DNA of 64,000 nucleotides. It comes from Pseudomonadota bacterium. GTDB lineage: Bacteria > Campylobacterota > Campylobacteria > Campylobacterales > Sulfurimonadaceae. The stretch covers positions 148,191-212,190 of the forward strand of contig JAZDQA010000006.1 in NCBI GenBank assembly GCA_043797085.1, given 5' to 3'. The position numbers were made by a program, and so were the translations under genes. Below, piece after piece: positions 40,235 to 49,558 of this stretch; position 1 is the first letter of the stretch; each line of letters opens with the position of its first letter. The notes below the pieces were generated by a model. It was not told where the DNA came from, did no database searches, and was given only the letters and a program-made list of their open reading frames with translations.

Positions 40235-41647
40235 GTGATCCACTCTCACCGTTTCTCTCTGGACCAATTTGCCCCTATCGCGGTCTATGAAAAGTTAAAA
40301 GGTCTTTTCGCAGGAGAAATCTCTTTTCTCCTCGAAAGTGCAGGCAACAGTAATGGAAACTATACGATTATCGCATTGGGTGCACGAGAACGTCTGCGCT
40401 ATATTGATGGTCAGACGCACTATACCAATGCCGACAACGAAATCATCATCTCTGGCGAGTCTCCTTTTGAATTTTTAAAACGCTATTACAGTGCCATTGA
40501 TTACGATTTTTATCGCTCAAAAGCCAAAGAACTCGATATTGGATATATTGATGGATTTATCGGCTATATCGGCTACGATATGGTTCAAGTTTTTGAACCC
40601 ACTCTAAAAGCTCACATGTCTGCTCTTGAAGATCAGACTCATATTCCTGATATGGATTTGATTTTACCGAAATTGGTAGCGGTTGTCTCCCATAAACACT
40701 CTACAATTACCCTTATCAGTGCCCTAGCAGAGTTTCAAGACCAATTTTTAACGTTAGAGAATACCCTAAAATCACTCTACCACTATACTCCCCTTGTACC
40801 CATAAAAAATGATCTTGGTGGGGATTTTATCCATACGAAATCACACTTTTTTGAAATGATTGATGCTTCAAAAGAGATGATTCGAAGCGGTGATGTTTTC
40901 CAAATTTTAATGACCAACCGTTATATCCGTAATGCCACCGTTGATCCCTACAGCTTTTACCGTGTTTTACGGATTAAAAACCCTTCTCCTTACATGTATT
41001 TGATGGAGTATGGTGATTTTAGCATCGTTGGAAGTTCTCCTGAGGTTATGGTGCGTTTGAGTGAGGGGGATATATTATTACGTCCTATCGCCGGAACACG
41101 TAAACGCGGCGGAAGTAAGCAGCGAGATACTCAACTCGAAGAAGAACTGCTATCGGATCCTAAAGAGCTGGCAGAACATTTGATGCTCATCGATTTGGGT
41201 CGAAATGATGTCGGGCGCGTTGCAGCGACTGGAACGGTACGGGTTGAAGAGATGATGCACGTGGAGCGTTATTCTCACGTAATGCATATCGTATCCGATG
41301 TTCACGCAACGCTTCGTGACGATAAAGATATGTTTGATCTTCTTGCTGCCACCTTCACCGCCGGAACCATGACGGGTGCTCCTAAAATTCGTTCCATGGA
41401 GCTCATTGCACAGCTTGAAGGGGTCAAAAGAGGTTTTTACAGCGGAACCATCGGCTATTTTGGTTTTGATGGCAATATGGACAGTGCCATTACGATTCGT
41501 ACCGCACTTATCAAAGACAATCAAATCATCCTCCAAGCAGGTGCGGGAATCGTTGCTGACTCCGTCCATGAGCTCGAATATCTCGAAGTGACCAACAAGC
41601 TCGGAGCTCTCACAAGTACCCTTGAAGATTTGATTGATCCTGCCTGA
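40235..41647 (+). CDS. trpE: Anthranilate synthase component I family
   Basis: FLLESA, NPSPYM, SSPE, PIAGTRKRG, EHLMLIDLGRND, AGAGIVADS. Confidence 0.85.
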   Translation: MIHSHRFSLDQFAPIAVYEKLKGLFAGEISFLLESAGNSNGNYTIIALGARERLRYIDGQTHYTNADNEIIISGESPFEFLKRYYSAIDYDFYRSKAKELDIGYIDGFIGYIGYDMVQVFEPTLKAHMSALEDQTHIPDMDLILPKLVAVVSHKHSTITLISALAEFQDQFLTLENTLKSLYHYTPLVPIKNDLGGDFIHTKSHFFEMIDASKEMIRSGDVFQILMTNRYIRNATVDPYSFYRVLRIKNPSPYMYLMEYGDFSIVGSSPEVMVRLSEGDILLRPIAGTRKRGGSKQRDTQLEEELLSDPKELAEHLMLIDLGRNDVGRVAATGTVRVEEMMHVERYSHVMHIVSDVHATLRDDKDMFDLLAATFTAGTMTGAPKIRSMELIAQLEGVKRGFYSGTIGYFGFDGNMDSAITIRTALIKDNQIILQAGAGIVADSVHELEYLEVTNKLGALTSTLEDLIDPA

Positions 41648-42438
41648 TGAACGTTTTTACCATCTTTGGTGATCCCGTAGGTCACTCTCGCTCACCACTT
41701 ATGCACAACACGGTTTTTAAAGCATTAGAGATAGATGCTTGCTATACCCGTACACATTTGTCTGATGGGGCAAAACTGCGTGATGTTTTTTTTGACAAAG
41801 CTCTCACTGGTGCGAATGTCACTGTCCCCCACAAAGAAACGGCATACGCCCAATGCGATGAAGTTCGCGGTATCGCTGGAGAAATCGGTACAGTCAATAC
41901 CCTTATCCTAGAAAATGCTCGCTTAATCGGCTATAACACCGATGCTGATGGTTTTATTGCCGCTATCCAATCGTTTGGAGAACTCTCTACCGCATTGATT
42001 ATCGGTGCAGGCGGAACGGCAAAAGCACTTGCTATCGCACTGCAACACCATGCCATCACCCCCACCATCCTCAATCGCTCATCAGGTCGGCTGGAGTATT
42101 TTAAAGAAAAAGAGTTTGAATCTTATGACTGGGAGACATTTATCCCCCGCTCTTTTGATCTCATCATCAACACAACCTCTGCGGGACTCACCGATAACGA
42201 GCTGCCCATTCCATTAGAACTTCTCACCGCATTGCTCGCAACGTCTAAAGGAGCTATCGACGTGATTTACGGCAAAGAAACTCCCTTTTTAGCCGAAGTC
42301 AAAAAAGGGAAGCTCCCCTATAAAGATGGTTCCGATATGTTGCTGGAACAAGGGGTGATTGCGAATGCTCTCTTTTTAAATAATAGTGTTTCAACCCAGC
42401 AGATTCGATCTATCATGCAACGAAGCTTTTTGTATTAA
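41647..42438 (+). CDS. aroE: Shikimate dehydrogenase
   Basis: HSRSPLMHN, NVTVPHKE, GYNTD, GAGGTA. Confidence 0.93.
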   Translation: MNVFTIFGDPVGHSRSPLMHNTVFKALEIDACYTRTHLSDGAKLRDVFFDKALTGANVTVPHKETAYAQCDEVRGIAGEIGTVNTLILENARLIGYNTDADGFIAAIQSFGELSTALIIGAGGTAKALAIALQHHAITPTILNRSSGRLEYFKEKEFESYDWETFIPRSFDLIINTTSAGLTDNELPIPLELLTALLATSKGAIDVIYGKETPFLAEVKKGKLPYKDGSDMLLEQGVIANALFLNNSVSTQQIRSIMQRSFLY

Positions 42439-42475
42439 CGCGTTATAATAACGAATCTTAATCAAAAGGCTCACA

Positions 42476-43009
42476 ATGTGCCGCTTCAATCAACTTAACA
42501 ATGATGAAAAAATCCTTCTTCACAATCAACTATTGGCGTATGCTGCATCGGTTGGCGGAAAAAACTCTTTTTTAAAACTTTTAGAAACCATTAAAAAAAC
42601 AACCCCGAATCCGTTGCTTTCCAAAACATCCCTCTTGCGATTTCCAAAAGGGATACTCAAATGGAATAAAAACATCCACCGCGATAATCTTACACTTCTA
42701 AGTATACAAATGAAGAACCGAAGCGAAGAGAATCAAAATCTTATGGCTCCAAAAGAGCATAGAACCTATAAAGATGTCACCAATATGCTTCGGGCATTAG
42801 GAACATTGAGTTTTACGGTTATTATGAACACGGAAGCAGACGGAAAAGGATTCGAAATCAAAGCCTTTGATATGCCGGACGGAGAAACGACGCTTATGAA
42901 TCCTTTCTTTGAAATTCTTTTTTTCTGTCCTGTAAATACCACTAAAAAATTACTGAATTTTGAAGAAAAAGAAAATGCTGATAACGATGACAGTATCGAA
43001 GAAAATTAA
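42476..43009 (+). CDS. Hypothetical protein
   Basis: 177-aa ORF with SD, 6 nt upstream of modE. Confidence 0.65.
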   Translation: MCRFNQLNNDEKILLHNQLLAYAASVGGKNSFLKLLETIKKTTPNPLLSKTSLLRFPKGILKWNKNIHRDNLTLLSIQMKNRSEENQNLMAPKEHRTYKDVTNMLRALGTLSFTVIMNTEADGKGFEIKAFDMPDGETTLMNPFFEILFFCPVNTTKKLLNFEEKENADNDDSIEEN

Positions 43010-43015
43010 ACAACG

Positions 43016-43792
43016 ATGAAAATTGACGGACGTTTTTGGCTCACTAAAGAGGGTCAAAGTTTTTTAGGTGCGGGGAGAATCGAACTTCTGGAGCGAATCG
43101 ATCAAGTCGGCTCGATTAACGCTGCCGCCAAAGAGATGAAAATGAGCTATAAAGCGGCGTGGGAGCGAATCAACGGAATGAATGCCCTAGCCGACCAGCC
43201 ACTCATAGAGCGCTCTACTGGTGGCCGTGGGGGCGGTGGAACAAAACTCACCCCTTACGCCCATGAACTCATCGCCACCTTTCATCGCTTGGGAGAACTC
43301 CATCGCCAGTTTATCGACCGTTTTTCCGAAGCAGGCAACGACCCCGAACGCCTCGCCCGCATCCTCAGCCGCACGTTTCTCACCACCAGTGCACGAAATC
43401 AGCTCCCATCTGTGCTCAAAGAGATAAATACCAGTGGTTTGCATTCTACATTGACGTTGGCACTACAAGGTGAAGATACACTCCGCTCAACCATCACCGC
43501 CAAATCGGTAGAGAATATGGGATTAACCCTCGGATGTGATACCTATGCGATTATCAAATCAAGTGACATCGCTATCGCATCATCGCGTCCAAAATCTGAA
43601 ACAACCGATAATATCCTCAGTGGGACTATCGAAACATTGGAAAGATCGGGAGAGAATATAGAGATTGCACTCCGATTAGACGGTGGAACACTCCTCATCG
43701 CCCTCGAAAAACAAGATGCCCTGCAAAATTTGCAAGTGGGCATGAGTGCCTACGCTGTTATCTCACCGTTGCATATTATTATTGGGTTATAA
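43016..43792 (+). CDS. modE: Molybdate-responsive regulator ModE
   Basis: GRIELL..GSINAAAKEMKMSYKAAW, GGRGGGGTKLT, TSARNQ and TOBE domains. Confidence 0.92.
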   Translation: MKIDGRFWLTKEGQSFLGAGRIELLERIDQVGSINAAAKEMKMSYKAAWERINGMNALADQPLIERSTGGRGGGGTKLTPYAHELIATFHRLGELHRQFIDRFSEAGNDPERLARILSRTFLTTSARNQLPSVLKEINTSGLHSTLTLALQGEDTLRSTITAKSVENMGLTLGCDTYAIIKSSDIAIASSRPKSETTDNILSGTIETLERSGENIEIALRLDGGTLLIALEKQDALQNLQVGMSAYAVISPLHIIIGL

Positions 43793-43837
43793 CTATACTT
43801 CCATTTCTAAACAAACATTAATCAAACGGAGTTACAT

Positions 43838-44248
43838 ATGACCAAAAAACAAATTACCAACCTACTAACATGGACAGCACTAGCACTCCTTGCCCTCTTT
43901 TTGGCGTATACTAAAGGGTGGATTTTTACTGATTTCGAATCGATTTCACCCAAACAAGCGTATGAGCTGTTACAAAAGGATAAAGAGGTTGTGTTACTCG
44001 ATGTACGAACACCCGATGAGTTTTCCCAAGAGTTTATCGAGGGTGCGATACTGATACCTGTACAGGTTTTAAGTGAAAATCTTTCTAAACTGCAACCGCA
44101 TAAAGATAAAAAAATCATTGTCTACTGCCACAGCGGTAACCGAAGTGTTGCAGCGTCACGGATTCTTTCAGAGAATGGATTTCACCCACTCAATGTCAAA
44201 GGTGGTATTACCCAATGGAAAAGCGAAGCTCTTCCCGTAGCCCATTAA
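43838..44248 (+). CDS. Membrane-anchored rhodanese-like protein
   Basis: LLDVRTPDEF, YCHSGNRS, GGITQW. Confidence 0.88.
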   Translation: MTKKQITNLLTWTALALLALFLAYTKGWIFTDFESISPKQAYELLQKDKEVVLLDVRTPDEFSQEFIEGAILIPVQVLSENLSKLQPHKDKKIIVYCHSGNRSVAASRILSENGFHPLNVKGGITQWKSEALPVAH

Positions 44249-44365
44249 CATAAATATCCCCGTCATTTCGTGACGCGGACAGGGACAGGGACAGGGAATC
44301 TTGCTTTTATACATGAAAATATAGATCCCCTATCATCTTTCGAACAAAAATTAAGCTTTTTTTCT

Positions 44366-44397
44366 TATAATTACGTTATATCTTACAAAACATAACG
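44366..44397 (+). promoter_or_regulatory. sigma70 -10 box plus ModE-type operator
   Basis: TATAAT (44366-44371) followed by CGTTATAT-N8-ACATAACG (44374-44397). Confidence 0.8.
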
Positions 44398-44482
44398 AAA
44401 ATGTCGCATTTTTTTGTGAACCGTTCTTGCATTGTTAGGTTTGTAATTATCGTTATATCATAAAAGAAACAAAGGAGTTTCC

Positions 44483-44899
44483 ATGTTAACCTCTGCTCGC
44501 AATACTCTCTACGGTACGGTCGATTCGGTACATACTGGCGCAGTCAATTCCGAACTCATCCTCTCTCTCGGTTCTGAAAAAATCGTCGCTACACTCACCA
44601 ATGAGTCGGTTAAAAACCTTGATATCACTATTGGCAGCAGTGCCTATGCTCTGATCAAATCAAGCTCAATCATTTTGGCGAAGACCAAACCGTTGCGTAT
44701 CAGTGCTCGTAATGTCTTACCCGCTACGGTCAGTGAGGTTATCAAAGGGGCGGTAAACGCCGAGATCAAAATGACCATCGGAAACACGACCCTCACCTCG
44801 ATTATCACCAACGAATCATGTGAAGAGCTGATGATGAAAAAAGGGGATGAAGTCTATGCGATTTTCAAAGCCTCAAGCGTCATCATCGGTATGTTGTAA
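44483..44899 (+). CDS. Molbindin (two TOBE/Mop domains, ModG-like)
   Basis: TSARNTL..GAVNSE and ISARNVL..GAVNAE repeats; KSSS/KASS. Confidence 0.9.
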   Translation: MLTSARNTLYGTVDSVHTGAVNSELILSLGSEKIVATLTNESVKNLDITIGSSAYALIKSSSIILAKTKPLRISARNVLPATVSEVIKGAVNAEIKMTIGNTTLTSIITNESCEELMMKKGDEVYAIFKASSVIIGML

Positions 44900-44915
44900 A
44901 TAAAAGGAAAATATC

Positions 44916-45674
44916 ATGAAAACATTTAAACTACTACTCACATCTCTAGCATTGGCATCCGCTCTTGCTGCCCAAACCATCACTGTTGCCGCTGCGGCAA
45001 ATATGAAATACGCGGTGACCGATATTGCTAAGGCGTTTACCAAAGAATCGGGTATTGATGTAAAAATCATTACGGGAGCATCCGGGAAACTTACACAGCA
45101 AATCATGAGTGGTGCGCCGTATGATGCGTTTTTATCTGCGGACGTTGAGTATCCTGCCAAACTTGCCAATGGTGGATTTACAACAACATCAGCACAAGTG
45201 TATGCTTATGGAACACTCATTCTTTGGAGTGATACGGGTGCCGATCTCACTAAAGGGGTTGCGGTAGTTGCTGATCCAACCGTCAAAAAAATCGCTCTTG
45301 CTAATCCTAAAACAGCACCCTATGGTATCGAAGCGATGAATGCGATGAAATATTATAAAGTCGCCGATGATGCGGCAGATAAAATTATCACCGCCGAATC
45401 GATCTCTCAAGTGGGTGCTTATGTGACGACCAAAGCAGTCGATGTCGGGTTTATGGCAAAATCTATTGTCCTCGCTCCTGAGATGAAAAATGTCGGGAAA
45501 TGGATCGAGATCGATGATAAAGCGTACAACACAATCGATCAAGCAATGGTAGGACTTAAAAATGGAACTCCACAGAACCAAATCGCGGCAAAAAAATTCC
45601 TCCGCTATATGAGCTCACCTAAAGCAATCGCGATTCTAAAAGCAAGCGGCTATGGCTTGCCAGCCCAAAAATAA
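44916..45674 (+). CDS. modA: Molybdate ABC transporter substrate-binding protein
   Basis: Signal peptide, VAAAAN, GASGKL..QI..GAP.D.FLSA, ANPKTAPYG. Confidence 0.93.
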   Translation: MKTFKLLLTSLALASALAAQTITVAAAANMKYAVTDIAKAFTKESGIDVKIITGASGKLTQQIMSGAPYDAFLSADVEYPAKLANGGFTTTSAQVYAYGTLILWSDTGADLTKGVAVVADPTVKKIALANPKTAPYGIEAMNAMKYYKVADDAADKIITAESISQVGAYVTTKAVDVGFMAKSIVLAPEMKNVGKWIEIDDKAYNTIDQAMVGLKNGTPQNQIAAKKFLRYMSSPKAIAILKASGYGLPAQK

Positions 45675-45683
45675 GAAGTTATT

Positions 45684-47096
45684 ATGACAAAACTAAGCTT
45701 TGCTACGGTACTCCTTTTAGGAACGTCACTATTTGCTACAGCGGCGGATGATTTAGCATCGGCGTTTAAAGATGGGAAATTTGACGGGCGTCTTCGTATG
45801 CAGTATTTTAACAATATATGGGATGACAATAGTGCAACCGGTAAAAATACAGCGAATGGAACCGGATTATCTGTAGGTGGAAGTTTACTCTATAAAACTG
45901 CCCCTTTGTATGGAGTGACCTTCGGAACAGGGTTATACACGACTCAAAATCCAGGTGGAATTACCGGAGAAAATGATGGGAAAGGATCTACGACAGGTGC
46001 GGACCTATTTTCACGTGACTCTCACTACGAGGGAACTACAAAAGTAACAGATATCTACGGTACAGGATACGCAGTTTTAGCCCAAGCCTATTTGGAGTAT
46101 GCAATCCCAACCACCAAAACAAAAGTAAAAACCGGACGTTTTTTAATGACCAATCCATGGATCACCCCCAATGATACCAAAATGATCCCGATTGCCGTTG
46201 AAGGGTTAGAAGGGGTTACCACTGATATCGCCAATACGAAAATCCAAATCGACTACGCCAATAAATGGAAAGAACGGGGTATGACCTATTTTGGAAATAT
46301 GGCGGATGGTTTGGACGTACCTAATGCGATTCGTAAAAATTACGATACCCATTACAATGCTACAAGTGCCGAAAAAGCTGACGAAGCACCAGGTGTATTA
46401 ATCGCGGGTATTACCAATAAATCTATCGATGGATTGCAACTAGAAGTCTGGGGAATGCATTGGAATGATCTTGTCGATCAAGCAATGTTCGAAGCCAACT
46501 ACGCATTCGAAGCAGGTGACGTGATTATCGGATTAGGTGGACGTTATATCCAACAATTTGACCAAGGTGCAGGAGCATTGATAAAACCAAAAACCTCTAA
46601 CGGCGATACAGACGATAGTATCGACTCATCCCTTTGGGCTATCAAAGCGACAGCGGACTATGGCGCGGCAGGATTTTTGATCTCTATGTCTCAAACCAGT
46701 GAAGATGGAGACATGATTGCTCCATGGCGTGGGTTTTTAACACAAACCTATACTAGAAGCATGACACAAACCGATTGGAATGCCAATACTCGAAGTTATA
46801 AAGCATTAGTAAGTTACGATTTTAATCAATTAGTTTCAGGACTTAGCAGTTTTGCCAGCTATTCATTCTATGATCGTGATCCGAGTAAAACACCCTATTC
46901 GTCTGCAACCAATAGAGCATTCCAAAACGGTGATACGAAACAATGGAATCTCGATATCATCTATGCAATGGCTGAAAGTTTTAAAGGGACAGAGCTAAAA
47001 CTCCGTCTAATGGATCAAAATAATGAAAAAGGGAAAGTCACTGATAAAGAACTTTCTGAACAAGAATTACGTTTTGAAGTGAACTATAAGTTCTAA
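45684..47096 (+). CDS. OprD/major-porin-like outer membrane protein
   Basis: Signal peptide, AFKDGKFDGRLR, C-terminal ELRFEVNYKF. Confidence 0.8.
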   Translation: MTKLSFATVLLLGTSLFATAADDLASAFKDGKFDGRLRMQYFNNIWDDNSATGKNTANGTGLSVGGSLLYKTAPLYGVTFGTGLYTTQNPGGITGENDGKGSTTGADLFSRDSHYEGTTKVTDIYGTGYAVLAQAYLEYAIPTTKTKVKTGRFLMTNPWITPNDTKMIPIAVEGLEGVTTDIANTKIQIDYANKWKERGMTYFGNMADGLDVPNAIRKNYDTHYNATSAEKADEAPGVLIAGITNKSIDGLQLEVWGMHWNDLVDQAMFEANYAFEAGDVIIGLGGRYIQQFDQGAGALIKPKTSNGDTDDSIDSSLWAIKATADYGAAGFLISMSQTSEDGDMIAPWRGFLTQTYTRSMTQTDWNANTRSYKALVSYDFNQLVSGLSSFASYSFYDRDPSKTPYSSATNRAFQNGDTKQWNLDIIYAMAESFKGTELKLRLMDQNNEKGKVTDKELSEQELRFEVNYKF

Positions 47097-47110
47097 TCTA
47101 GTCCCTTCTG

Positions 47111-47180
47111 GGGCATGAGACGAGGCGACAGGAGTGTTTGTCTGCGGTTATTCAAATACCTGTCGTCTCCCCTGATGCTC
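47111..47180 (+). other. Long intergenic stem-loop
   Basis: Nested pairings GGGCAT/ATGCTC, GAGGCGACAG/CTGTCGTCTC, GTGTTTG/CAAATAC, with G-U wobbles on the + strand. Confidence 0.55.
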
Positions 47181-47209
47181 TACTTATTTCATATAAAAAA
47201 GGATATAAC

Positions 47210-47770
47210 ATGACATTCATGACCTCTAATGGAAAACCGGTATCCCTCTTTAGTGCCTGCGGAACCAAACCGTTTCAACCTGCGAGCACTACACCGCATA
47301 CAGCAGAAGCAAAGATTGATTTTGTTTATCCGGAAGTTCCTTTCCCTTCTACTCTCCTTTACCATACTTGGGGCGAAGAAAACATTCGCTCAATGGTGCG
47401 TTATCACCATGGATTATTGCGTAAAAGTACAATCGGAGATTTATTTCCTGCTGATGATGCGATGTTTGCCTTTGCGACCGAAAAGACTGCTGATTTTTTC
47501 GTAGAAGCATTGGGCGGTGAAAAAGCATATACTCCCATTCACGGTCACCCAGCACTTCGTATGCGTCATTTTCATATCACTATCGATGAAAAAGGGCGTG
47601 AAATTTGGCTCATGATGTACAAAAAAACGATCAATGATCTCCAAATGCCCTCAGAGTGTATCGAAGAGTTTTGGAATTGGATTGAACCGCTCTCGATTCG
47701 GATGATAAACCGTCGAACGACTGTCGCGCCAATCGAACGCCACACCTATTCTACTATCTGGGGAAAATAA
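47210..47770 (+). CDS. Truncated globin (group II-like)
   Basis: FFVEALGG..Y...GHPALRMRH...IDEKGREIWL; ATG 47210 after AAGGA. Confidence 0.8.
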   Translation: MTFMTSNGKPVSLFSACGTKPFQPASTTPHTAEAKIDFVYPEVPFPSTLLYHTWGEENIRSMVRYHHGLLRKSTIGDLFPADDAMFAFATEKTADFFVEALGGEKAYTPIHGHPALRMRHFHITIDEKGREIWLMMYKKTINDLQMPSECIEEFWNWIEPLSIRMINRRTTVAPIERHTYSTIWGK

Positions 47771-48528
47771 TGATTTTTTCAAATCCTATCGTTATATCTC
47801 AAAAGATACAATACAATAAAACAAAATCGTTTGCTGCTTCATTTGGAATACACGCAACCTTTTTAGCCATTTTATTTTATATTGCCACACTAAATACTGT
47901 CCCACTGACTCATGGGGAAGAGCGTGTTGTCATTTCACTGAGTGATTTTTCCTCCACCGATGGCGACATCAATAAATTGGAACAACTACCCCAACCCAAA
48001 AAAACTCTACAATCCATACCTAAAGTTCAACCGAAAACAGTAGAAGAAATAGAACCACTCCCTATTACAACGACCCCTGAGAGGATAGCGACGAAACAAC
48101 CGACGCTCTCTTCTGAGGCGTCCGCGCCTCTAGCTGTACCCCAAAGCCGCCCTTCATCTCCGCCGCCTAATAGCATTGATTCTCCTAAACCAAGTACTGT
48201 ATCATCTGAAAAAGAGCTACCAAGAAACCCTATTTCAGATAACCAAATCGGCGGAGCGGCTTTGGGACACATACGTGCTATGATCGAAAATGCAATCACT
48301 TACCCCACCATCGCACGGAAATTGCGACTTGAGGGGGTTGTTTTGGTCACATTTATCCTCAAATCCGATGGTACGGTTGAAACAGCACAAATCAAAAGTA
48401 CCAGCGGTAGCCACATTCTCGATAAAAAAGCACTCGATACGATACTAAGCCTCAGTGGGGATTATCCTAAACTGGGTAAACCCATTGATTTTAATATCCC
48501 AATCGCCTTTAATCTCCATAAATCCTAA
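47770..48528 (+). CDS. tonB: Energy transducer TonB
   Basis: TM segment with SFGIH, Pro-rich linker, YPTIARKLRLEGVV..SGSHILDKKA. Confidence 0.88.
   Translation: MIFSNPIVISQKIQYNKTKSFAASFGIHATFLAILFYIATLNTVPLTHGEERVVISLSDFSSTDGDINKLEQLPQPKKTLQSIPKVQPKTVEEIEPLPITTTPERIATKQPTLSSEASAPLAVPQSRPSSPPPNSIDSPKPSTVSSEKELPRNPISDNQIGGAALGHIRAMIENAITYPTIARKLRLEGVVLVTFILKSDGTVETAQIKSTSGSHILDKKALDTILSLSGDYPKLGKPIDFNIPIAFNLHKS
47790..47813 (+). promoter_or_regulatory. ModE-type box within the tonB 5' end
   Basis: CGTTATAT-CTCAAAAG-ATACAATA. Confidence 0.45.
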
Positions 48529-48538
48529 AAGGTTACCC

Positions 48539-49558
48539 ATGAAAGCAATAACACTCCTCATAGCACTCCTGCTTACAACCTCGATAGGTGCAAAAACACT
48601 TACCGATTTGGACGGCAAAAAAGTGACTCTCCCCGATGTAACTGATCGGGTTTTCGGTTCATCTCCTCCGATGAACTATCTCCTCTATACTCTCAACCCT
48701 GAGAAAATGATTGGACTGAACTTCGCAGCCAAAAACAGCAACAACAGTGCCGATGAAGCATTTTTGAACAAAAAGTTTCTCTCACTACCGATAATCGGAT
48801 CGTTTCATGGTGGAGGTCAAAGTATCAATCTCGAAACACTTATGACCTATAAACCGCAGCTCGTCCTCGTATGGCAGGATGATATGCTCGTTCAGACGGT
48901 CGCGAAAGAGATCGAAAAGACTAAAATCCCGACGTATATGATCCCGTTTCGGGAAATCAACGATATGCCCCGTGCATTTCGTCTCGCGGGCAATGCCATT
49001 GGGGAGGCTAAACGGGGTGAGGAGCTAGCTCTCTACTCACAAAAGATCATCAGTGAGGTACATACAGCGGTTTCCAAAGAGAAGCCTATGCGCTATTACT
49101 ATGCGGAGGGGCTAGATGGGCTTTCAACTGAATGCGATAAATCATTCCACGTTGAAGCAATGAATTTTGCAGGGGGTGAAAATGTTCATAAATGCCAACA
49201 AAGCGGAATATTAGGATTAGAGAAAATCAGTTTTGAAACCCTCCTCACCTATAACCCCGATGTGATTATCGTCCAAAATAGCAGCGTATTTTTTGATCTT
49301 AAAAATGACCCGATGTGGAAAAATCTTCGAGCCGTAAAAAGTGGTCGTATCCACCTCGTTCCTGTACAACCGTTCAACTGGATTGACCGACCACCTTCGT
49401 TTATGCGCGTTATTGGTATCCAATGGCTCGCACATCTTTTCCATCCAAAAGAGTATAAAGGCGATCTATCCAAACGAACCAAAGAGTTTTACGACCTTTT
49501 CTTACATGTAAAACTGAGTGATGAACAAACTAAAAACTTATTAGGAGCCCAAAAATGA
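48539..49558 (+). CDS. Type II ABC transporter periplasmic binding protein (Fe/B12/MolA-like)
   Basis: Signal peptide, TLTDLDGKKV, INLETL..KPQLV, WKNLRAVKSGRIHLVP..PFNWIDRPPS. Confidence 0.85.
   Translation: MKAITLLIALLLTTSIGAKTLTDLDGKKVTLPDVTDRVFGSSPPMNYLLYTLNPEKMIGLNFAAKNSNNSADEAFLNKKFLSLPIIGSFHGGGQSINLETLMTYKPQLVLVWQDDMLVQTVAKEIEKTKIPTYMIPFREINDMPRAFRLAGNAIGEAKRGEELALYSQKIISEVHTAVSKEKPMRYYYAEGLDGLSTECDKSFHVEAMNFAGGENVHKCQQSGILGLEKISFETLLTYNPDVIIVQNSSVFFDLKNDPMWKNLRAVKSGRIHLVPVQPFNWIDRPPSFMRVIGIQWLAHLFHPKEYKGDLSKRTKEFYDLFLHVKLSDEQTKNLLGAQK

Noticed and set aside
44416..44430. sigma54 promoter for the mod operon
   Set aside because: GTGAACCGTTCTTGC lacks the invariant GG at -24; a sigma70 -10 with a ModE box explains the region.
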